From assembly GCA_003599505.1 (NCBI GenBank), contig QZKO01000014.1, forward strand, positions 7,774-71,773: DNA of 64,000 nucleotides. Reading direction: 5' to 3'. A program made the translations under genes and the position numbers. The DNA comes from Nitrospiraceae bacterium. Lineage in GTDB: Bacteria; Nitrospirota; Thermodesulfovibrionia; UBA6902. Positions 57,922-64,000 of this stretch are shown in pieces; position 1 is the stretch's first letter, and each line of letters starts with the position of its first letter. The notes beneath the pieces are model-generated. The model searched no databases and was not told where the DNA came from. It saw nothing but the letters and a program-made list of their open reading frames with translations.

Positions 57922-57956
57922 GGACATTTCTCTTTTGGTAAAAACAGGACATTTCT
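57922..57956. promoter_or_regulatory. Direct repeat GGACATTTCT(C/G), two copies with start-to-start spacing of 25 bp, in the divergent promoter region
   Basis: Copies lie at 57922-57931 and 57947-57956. The region sits between the divergent starts at 57710 and 58037. It could be a tandem-site regulator operator. Confidence 0.25.
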
Positions 57957-58036
57957 GAACCGGCCTGACATGCCTTGTTTTTTTTTGAGCTTTCTGACAA
58001 AATTTATAAAACATAACACTGAACGGAGAACCCGAC

Positions 58037-58318
58037 ATGGATAAAAGAAATTATGGAATGCTTCTGATTGTTGTATCTGTTATTGTAGCCGTTGTTTATA
58101 CTTTCTGGGTCCCATTAAGTTACCTCCTGAATGATGGAAAAGAGCCCCTCATCCTCAAAGACATTCTGCCGCCTCCGATATGGGGGATAATAATCCCGGT
58201 ATTCCTTCTGATGCTGTTCACGACGTTTATTTTCAGTTGGATCGGATGGAACATTTTGCATGCTCCACCGCAGGAAGAAACTTCCTTAAAGGATTTAGAA
58301 GGTAAACGAGCAGATTAA
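58037..58318 (+). CDS. Small two-TM membrane protein (hypothetical)
   Basis: It encodes 93 aa with two hydrophobic helices. It is an isolated plus-strand ORF and could be non-coding. Confidence 0.3.
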   Translation: MDKRNYGMLLIVVSVIVAVVYTFWVPLSYLLNDGKEPLILKDILPPPIWGIIIPVFLLMLFTTFIFSWIGWNILHAPPQEETSLKDLEGKRAD

Positions 58319-59502
58319 CCGTACTTCCTCAACCTCTTTGTATAGAAAGATATCCAGCGCAAATTCGGGCTCTTCCAGGGAAGTTCTTCGATAAGATTAT
58401 CTTCAGGATGAAAAAGTACACGGGAGTATTTGTTATACAGGTCCGAACATAATGCGCCAAACCGGATATCTTTATCCATTAATTTGTAATACATACTGTA
58501 TGAATCGATTATGGTCCTTAAAAATGTGACTCCGGACCTGAAATTAAACTGGGGCTCAACCTTTTTCCCGCGTACCAGGTCATAATATATTTCCGGAAAA
58601 TTCACCCCGCATTCCATCGGCAGCCTGATCCATGCCCAAACCCTCGGGTTTATTTCAAACATCTTATATTTCCCGTCTCTTTTATCGAATTTGAACTCAA
58701 GTTCAGCCAAACCCTGCCATTTGATCTTTCTGAAGAACTCCAAACCAATATCAATTATTTCGGGGATCCTTTCACTTACGTAATAAGTCGCGATGCCCTG
58801 ATAAATATGCTTGGACCTTACTGTACTCAGTTTACGGCATGTAAAAACCGCTTTAGGCTCGCTCTGTTCATCAAAAAGCACGCCGAGATTACAAAGACTT
58901 GTCACGCCGCCGGGTATCCACTCCTGAGCGATGTAGCCCAGTTTCTTCTCACCCAGCATATTTAATATTCGGTCGAGTTCATTGCTGTTCTTGACAACGT
59001 GTTGTCCCCTGCTGCCTCCCGACGAACGAGGTTTCAGCACCAGAGGAAAATCGATTCCGACGTCATTGAGATTATCTTCAGGGGAATCGAAAAAGTATGT
59101 CTTCGGGGAGGAGACCTGAAAAGCTTCCAGAGCCCGGGCTGTTTTTGCCTTATCAAAAGCAATACAATTGAGTTGTCCGTCAGGGATCAAAATTAAAAAA
59201 TATTTTTTCAGCTCGTTCTTATTATCTGCAATTAATTGACTGCACGGATCATCGTTTACCAGCAATGCTTTCCCGGGATCTTTTCTGCCAAGTTCCAATA
59301 AGAAACTCATGAAATCCTCGGGATTTTTTTCCGGATCCGGCGATATCAATTTCTTGTTAATGCCGGATATGAAGAAGCCCGGCGCCTCCGGATCATGATC
59401 GAATACGGTTACTTCTATTCCATTCCGGATAAACGATTTAATGATTGCGAAATTTGAAATCTCTCTCAGCAAGCCGATGATTATACCTGGTTTCTTATCC
59501 AT
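58315..59502 (-). CDS. ATP-grasp domain ligase (carboxylate-amine ligase type)
   Basis: The central LVLKPRSSGGSRGQHVVKN...YIAQEWIPG matches the ATP-grasp phosphate-binding loop and hinge region. Confidence 0.65.
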   Translation of the reverse strand: MDKKPGIIIGLLREISNFAIIKSFIRNGIEVTVFDHDPEAPGFFISGINKKLISPDPEKNPEDFMSFLLELGRKDPGKALLVNDDPCSQLIADNKNELKKYFLILIPDGQLNCIAFDKAKTARALEAFQVSSPKTYFFDSPEDNLNDVGIDFPLVLKPRSSGGSRGQHVVKNSNELDRILNMLGEKKLGYIAQEWIPGGVTSLCNLGVLFDEQSEPKAVFTCRKLSTVRSKHIYQGIATYYVSERIPEIIDIGLEFFRKIKWQGLAELEFKFDKRDGKYKMFEINPRVWAWIRLPMECGVNFPEIYYDLVRGKKVEPQFNFRSGVTFLRTIIDSYSMYYKLMDKDIRFGALCSDLYNKYSRVLFHPEDNLIEELPWKSPNLRWISFYTKRLRKYG

Positions 59503-59531
59503 TAGGAAATCAGAAAAATGACAGTTATGCG

Positions 59532-60245
59532 CTATCTCTTGTGAAAAAATTGATCTGCCGGTTTATTGCCGTATATGATGAATTCACATCCGCTGAAAAA
59601 ATACCGTCTTAATTTAATAAAAGAGCCGTGCCGCTCAATAATCTTCCTGTAATAGGGGATGTAATAAATCAGATAGACCGGGCGAGGATTTTTCTCAACA
59701 GAAGAACAAATGTTATCAAGTACTTTTTTCAAAATAACTTCATCAAACGGATTAAAAAGATAAAAAACATTTTCATCGTCTTTTATTTCATAATGGACTA
59801 CATCGGAATGAATAACGTCAATATGCGCATTACGTCCTGTTTTTTGCTGATATATGGAAATATTTTTCCGGGCGCATTCACACAGCTTCTCGGAGAAGTC
59901 AACTCCAACCACTCTTTTGAAACCAAAATGGGGTGCTAATAATAACATTTTCCCCTTACCGCACCCAATGTCAACAAAAACACTGTCGTCAGGAAATTCG
60001 ATAGCGTCCAGTAACTTTTTAAAGGCTATCGCTGGTGTCGAAGCATATCTGTGTCCTCTCGAATAATTCTCACTGTTTATGTCCAGGTTTTTCAACTCGA
60101 CATGACTTACAGTATCTGTTCCATATCTAAAATCAAAGAGGTAATCAAGAACTGCCACCAGAGATGCCTGAATCGTGCTTTTGAGGCCATAACTTTTATA
60201 AGCATCGAGAATACGATCGGATAATTTAGCGGAATGAGCATTCAT
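59532..60245 (-). CDS. Class I SAM-dependent methyltransferase
   Basis: FVDIGCGKGKMLLLA...VVGVDFSE supplies motif I and the acidic loop. Confidence 0.7.
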   Translation of the reverse strand: MNAHSAKLSDRILDAYKSYGLKSTIQASLVAVLDYLFDFRYGTDTVSHVELKNLDINSENYSRGHRYASTPAIAFKKLLDAIEFPDDSVFVDIGCGKGKMLLLAPHFGFKRVVGVDFSEKLCECARKNISIYQQKTGRNAHIDVIHSDVVHYEIKDDENVFYLFNPFDEVILKKVLDNICSSVEKNPRPVYLIYYIPYYRKIIERHGSFIKLRRYFFSGCEFIIYGNKPADQFFHKR

Positions 60246-60417
60246 AAGATATATGAAATTTTAACAAAAAACTGCGTAAAATTGTCAAACATAAATTAAC
60301 TGAATTTATTAAAACCTGCCTTTAAATCAATTAACTCATCTTTTTTGTTATACTAATTGATACCGTTTTCATTTAAATGACGTCTGACAATTTTATTTTA
60401 CACAAAATACAGCAATT

Positions 60418-61089
60418 ATGATCCTCGGATATAAGATAATCTTTATACTTCTTGTCGCCTTTGCGGTGATATTTATTTACGCAAGAGGGTATTACCCTAT
60501 ATTTTTTCTGAGAGACCCCGCCAGGAAGCTTCCTCCGGAAGGAAATCATATTTACGCTCCGGCAGACGGCAGAATCGCCTATATAAGAGAAATTAAAGAT
60601 GGAGATGTTCCTATCTGTATTAAAGCAGGGAAGATAATCCCTCTTGAAGAAATCACAAGAAGCCACCTTAATGAGATAAAAGACGGTTATATTGTCGGTA
60701 TTATCATGAGTTTCTGGAATGTACATATTCAGCGGGCCCCGATATCAGGAAAAGTCATTGATCAGATCTATGTGCCCGGACGTTTCTTTGATGTTGGAAT
60801 TAATGCCGGGAGAATGTTGAAAGAATCAGAAAGGAATGTATTGATATTAAAAGATCCTGTCAGGAATTTCAGCACCATTACTATTCAACTGGCCGCAATC
60901 TGGGTAAGAAGAATCGTAAGCCTGGTCAAAAAAGGAGACGAACTAAAACTGGGTCAAAGATATGGATATGTTAAGTTCGGGTCCCAGGTAGATATTATTA
61001 TCCCTGACCTTAAAGGGTTACAGTTTACTATTAAGAAGGGCCAAAAGGTTTACGCCGGGGAAACAATTATTGCCCGCTACGATACCTGA
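60418..61089 (+). CDS. psd: Archaeal/short-type phosphatidylserine decarboxylase proenzyme (pyruvoyl-dependent)
   Basis: An N-terminal TM is present. WNVHIQRAPISGKV matches the H..R.P..G motif. The C-terminal VKFGSQVDI matches the FGS(R/Q)VD self-cleavage site of short PSDs. Confidence 0.7.
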   Translation: MILGYKIIFILLVAFAVIFIYARGYYPIFFLRDPARKLPPEGNHIYAPADGRIAYIREIKDGDVPICIKAGKIIPLEEITRSHLNEIKDGYIVGIIMSFWNVHIQRAPISGKVIDQIYVPGRFFDVGINAGRMLKESERNVLILKDPVRNFSTITIQLAAIWVRRIVSLVKKGDELKLGQRYGYVKFGSQVDIIIPDLKGLQFTIKKGQKVYAGETIIARYDT

Positions 61090-61100
61090 TTTCACTAATA

Positions 61101-62063
61101 ATGGTACAAGAAAGAAATACCAAACCTGTCATAGCAATTGTAATACCCTGTTATAATGAAGAATCTGTATTAAATGAAACATCACAACAGCTTAATACTC
61201 TTGTAGAGAAACTTATCCGGAATAACAATATAAGCGACCAGAGTTTCATATGTTTTATTGATGACGGGAGCACAGATACAACCTGGGATAAAGTAGAGGA
61301 ACTGCACTTCAAGAACAACAGGATTAAAGGTGTGAAACTTTCCCGCAATGCCGGCCATCAGAACGCATTAATGGCCGGTTTGGACAGCGTGTACGAAAAA
61401 ATTGACTGCGCTATCTCTATAGATGCTGATTTGCAGGACGATATTTCAGTCATTGAATCGATGGTCGAACAGTTCAATAAAGGCTTTGAAGTTGTATATG
61501 GTGTAAGGAGAAAAAGGGAGACTGATACTTTATTAAAGAAGAATACTGCTTTGATTTTTTACAGACTCATGTCTTGTTTTGGTATTGACATGGTTTATAA
61601 TCATGCAGACTTCAGGCTCTTGAGTAAAAATGTTATCGGACATTTAAAATCGTTTAAAGAGGTTAATTTGTTTTTGAGGGCCATGATCCCTTTAATTGGT
61701 TTCAGATCAACAAATGTTTATTATGACAGAAAAGTCAGATATGCAGGGACCTCAAAGTATTCCGCAGGGAAAATGATAGCCTTTGCGTTGGACGGGATCA
61801 CTTCTTTCAGCATTACCCCTTTGCGATTTATCACCGTTATCGGCTGCGTTTTGTTTATATCTTCACTTATCTTGACTGCATGGGCGTTTATGGTCACCAT
61901 TCAGCATAAATCTATACCGGGTTGGGCATCGACCGTATTGCCGATCTACTTTATCGGAGGGATCCAATTGTTATCAATAGGCATTATAGGTGAATATTTA
62001 GGGAAAATTTATAAAGAAGTAAAGGCCCGCCCCAGATATATAAAAGATATAGAACTGTTTTAG
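61101..62063 (+). CDS. GT2 polyprenyl-phosphate glycosyltransferase with C-terminal TM hairpin (ArnC/GtrB-like), paralog of 41064..42026
   Basis: IAIVIPCYNEESVLNE...FIDDGSTDTTWDKV...IDADLQD is GT-A with DXD. Two C-terminal TM helices are present. Confidence 0.75.
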   Translation: MVQERNTKPVIAIVIPCYNEESVLNETSQQLNTLVEKLIRNNNISDQSFICFIDDGSTDTTWDKVEELHFKNNRIKGVKLSRNAGHQNALMAGLDSVYEKIDCAISIDADLQDDISVIESMVEQFNKGFEVVYGVRRKRETDTLLKKNTALIFYRLMSCFGIDMVYNHADFRLLSKNVIGHLKSFKEVNLFLRAMIPLIGFRSTNVYYDRKVRYAGTSKYSAGKMIAFALDGITSFSITPLRFITVIGCVLFISSLILTAWAFMVTIQHKSIPGWASTVLPIYFIGGIQLLSIGIIGEYLGKIYKEVKARPRYIKDIELF

Positions 62064-62078
62064 AAAGGCGTCGGAATA

Positions 62079-64000
62079 ATGAAATCTGATCAGAAGCAAA
62101 AACCGACTAACGGAGTGTCATTTTTACATTTATTTCGTTTAACTTTTGTGCTGTTTTCCCTTTACTTATTGAGAGAAGCTTTCAATCGCTGGGACGGGTT
62201 TTTGTTCTATGCCACTTTTTCTGAATTTGTTCCTGCGGTTGCTCTTGTTTCAATCCTTTGGACCATTGTAGCGCTTTTGGCGACCCTTTTGCTGTGGACA
62301 CTATTTAGGTTATTTGAAAGTCTGTCCGCCCGAATAGGATTAAAGATAAGAACTGCCCATTTATTGCTGTATGGAGTAGCCGGTGTATTGTTAGGCGGAT
62401 TAGTCTGGAAAACAAAGAGGCTATTATGGACTGACGTACAAACGAGCGATCAATTGAAAATTATTTTATTTGTAGCTGTAGCGCTCGTGTCCGCGTACTC
62501 GGTATGGGTGCTTCGCGATAAGGCGCAGCACTGGTTTAATATTGTACAGGACCGGATTACACCCCTGGTATGGTTGTTCGGTTTTATTGTATTTATTTCT
62601 GTGCCTGTTGTGGTTTCGTCTACATGGGGGAAGAAAGTCGAAAAACCGGTGCCCGAAAAATTCAATCAAACCTCTTTATCACAATCAGACAATAAACGTC
62701 CTAACATTATTCTGGTAATATTTGATACCCTGACGTCGCGGGACATGTCTCTGTACGGATATAGTAGGGAGACAACGCCGTTTATCACTGAGTGGGCAAA
62801 GAATGCCACAGTATTTACGAGGGCGGAAGCGAGCAACAATCATACTTCACCTGCTACGGCCAGCCTCATGACAGGCAAGAGGGTCTGGTCTCATCAGGTA
62901 TATCATCAAAAAGGATCGATTCCTGTAAAGAGCGATATAGAAAGTCTGCCGGGAGAATTAAAGAAATATGGCTACTATAACGTGGCTTTTGTTGCCAACG
63001 GTTCTGCTTCCACTCCAAAATTGGGAATATTTGACAACTTCGATATTTCTTTGCTGGTTTCCGAGTTTTACCAGCCGGATAATCTGGTCTTTCTTGACCC
63101 CTATCAATACGGACGCATTGATATATTGCTCTATAAAATATTCGGTGAAAAAATCAGACTGCATGACTGGATACTGGGCACTAAATTATTAGGGACCCTG
63201 GAGCCGCTTATCGCTAAATTCAGTCACAATACGGAAACAGCGGTACCGCCGGAAGTTGCGTTTAACAAGTTTCTGGAGATTTATGACGATATTCCCGAAC
63301 CTTTTTTTGCGTGGATCCACGTTCTTCCGCCGCATGCCCATTATTTGCCCCCGAAGCCCTACCTGGGTATGTTTGGTTCCACCCGACCGGCTGAACGATA
63401 CATGGGGGATAAAGAATTTAACATGGAAGAGGAGCGGACCCGTTATGATGAATTTATCAGATATTGTGACAAACAGTATGAAGAATTTATGACTGAGTTA
63501 GAGAAGAGAAAGAAGTCGGAAAATACCACTGTTATTTTTTCGTCTGACCATGGAGAAAGTTTTCAACATGGTTTCTTTCAGCACGCTGTCCCCGCTCTAT
63601 ATGAGCAACTGACCAATGTGCCTCTAATAATAAAAGAACCGGGCAAACCGGATGGGAAGGTTATTCACGACACAGTGGAACAAATCGATATTCCGGCTAC
63701 AATGCTTGACCTGGCCCATATACCGGTGCCTGAGTGGATGGAGGGACGTTCCCTGCTCCCATATATGCGTGGTGAAGCACTCTTACCAAAGACCGCATTC
63801 TCTATGTATTATCAGACAAATCCGAGTCGTGGTCATCAAATTACCAAGGGTCTGATTGCTGTCTGGGAAGGCGACTATAAACTGATACACCATTTAGAAA
63901 ATGAAAAATCACTCCTTTTTAACCTGAAAGAGGACCCGGAGGAATTGGAAAATCTCTTTGGCAAAGAACCGGAAACAGGAAAGCATTTGCTTGATCTGAT
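62079..64000 (+). CDS. Membrane-anchored sulfatase-fold phosphotransferase (Thr-nucleophile type), 3'-truncated by window end
   Basis: N-terminal TM helices are present. NIILVIFDTLTSRD...NNHTSPATASLMTG aligns with the sulfatase CSPSRASLLTG motif with C->T and R->T substitutions. VIFSSDHGE is the DHG metal site. The ORF is open to the window end and is not in the ORF track because it has no stop. Confidence 0.6.
   Translation, partial: MKSDQKQKPTNGVSFLHLFRLTFVLFSLYLLREAFNRWDGFLFYATFSEFVPAVALVSILWTIVALLATLLLWTLFRLFESLSARIGLKIRTAHLLLYGVAGVLLGGLVWKTKRLLWTDVQTSDQLKIILFVAVALVSAYSVWVLRDKAQHWFNIVQDRITPLVWLFGFIVFISVPVVVSSTWGKKVEKPVPEKFNQTSLSQSDNKRPNIILVIFDTLTSRDMSLYGYSRETTPFITEWAKNATVFTRAEASNNHTSPATASLMTGKRVWSHQVYHQKGSIPVKSDIESLPGELKKYGYYNVAFVANGSASTPKLGIFDNFDISLLVSEFYQPDNLVFLDPYQYGRIDILLYKIFGEKIRLHDWILGTKLLGTLEPLIAKFSHNTETAVPPEVAFNKFLEIYDDIPEPFFAWIHVLPPHAHYLPPKPYLGMFGSTRPAERYMGDKEFNMEEERTRYDEFIRYCDKQYEEFMTELEKRKKSENTTVIFSSDHGESFQHGFFQHAVPALYEQLTNVPLIIKEPGKPDGKVIHDTVEQIDIPATMLDLAHIPVPEWMEGRSLLPYMRGEALLPKTAFSMYYQTNPSRGHQITKGLIAVWEGDYKLIHHLENEKSLLFNLKEDPEELENLFGKEPETGKHLLDL

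Noticed and set aside
62450-63192. Minus-strand small ORFs inside the terminal sulfatase-fold gene
   Set aside because: The plus-strand frame is continuously open from 62079 to the window end with strong AlkP-fold motifs. The minus ORFs are shadows.
1-64000. Scanned for CRISPR repeats, tRNA/rRNA, transposase/integrase genes and toxin-antitoxin pairs
   Set aside because: I found no periodic repeat-spacer structure, no tRNA-like cloverleaf candidates in the few long intergenic regions and no recombinase-like ORFs. The only mobility signal is the compositional island with flanking direct repeats.

Overview
This 64-kb window is an AT-rich accessory locus, roughly 35-40% G+C by eye, almost entirely devoted to cell-surface glycan biosynthesis and tailoring. 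I support about 50 CDSs arranged in roughly ten operon-like blocks on both strands. No rRNA, tRNA, CRISPR array, transposase or integrase is evident.

Gene content I can support from the sequence:
- Glycosyltransferases: four GT4 genes (three of them close paralogs, two in tandem), five GT2 genes of the polyprenyl-phosphate type (Dpm1/ArnC/GtrB-like), one GT9 heptosyltransferase-like gene and one O-antigen-ligase/polymerase-like gene.
- Membrane transferases: at least seven large polytopic membrane proteins, several with the DE-loop signature of GT-C (ArnT/PMT-type) glycosyltransferases.
- Radical SAM enzymes: three paralogous B12-binding enzymes and two paralogous SPASM-domain enzymes, each sitting next to a transferase gene.
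- Sugar-nucleotide tailoring: two DegT-family aminotransferases, a Gfo/Idh/MocA oxidoreductase, an internally duplicated NDP-hexose 2,3-dehydratase (EvaA/TylX3-like) protein, two cupin isomerase/epimerase-like proteins, four class-I methyltransferases and four NAD-dependent (SDR) epimerase/dehydratases.
- Other functions: an exosortase plus EpsI pair (PEP-CTERM sorting system), an MBOAT/AlgJ-like O-acetylation pair, an Acyl_transf_3 acyltransferase, a GMC oxidoreductase, an ATP-grasp ligase, an archaeal-type phosphatidylserine decarboxylase, a secreted clan GH-A glycoside hydrolase, two sulfatase-fold membrane proteins with Thr in place of the formylglycine Cys, and a GT2 fused to a CapK/PaaK-like adenylating enzyme.

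The most unusual observations:
1. A minus-strand operon (30307-42026) couples a natural-product-like deoxy-aminosugar pathway to a lipid-phosphate GT2 and GT-C transferases, rather than to a GT1.
2. An Arn-like aminotransferase/GT2/GT-C module lies directly downstream of the exosortase.
3. A 2-kb G+C-rich island carries two epimerase genes and is flanked by imperfect direct repeats, suggesting recent horizontal insertion.

All calls are made from motif-level reading of the translated ORFs. No database searches were run.
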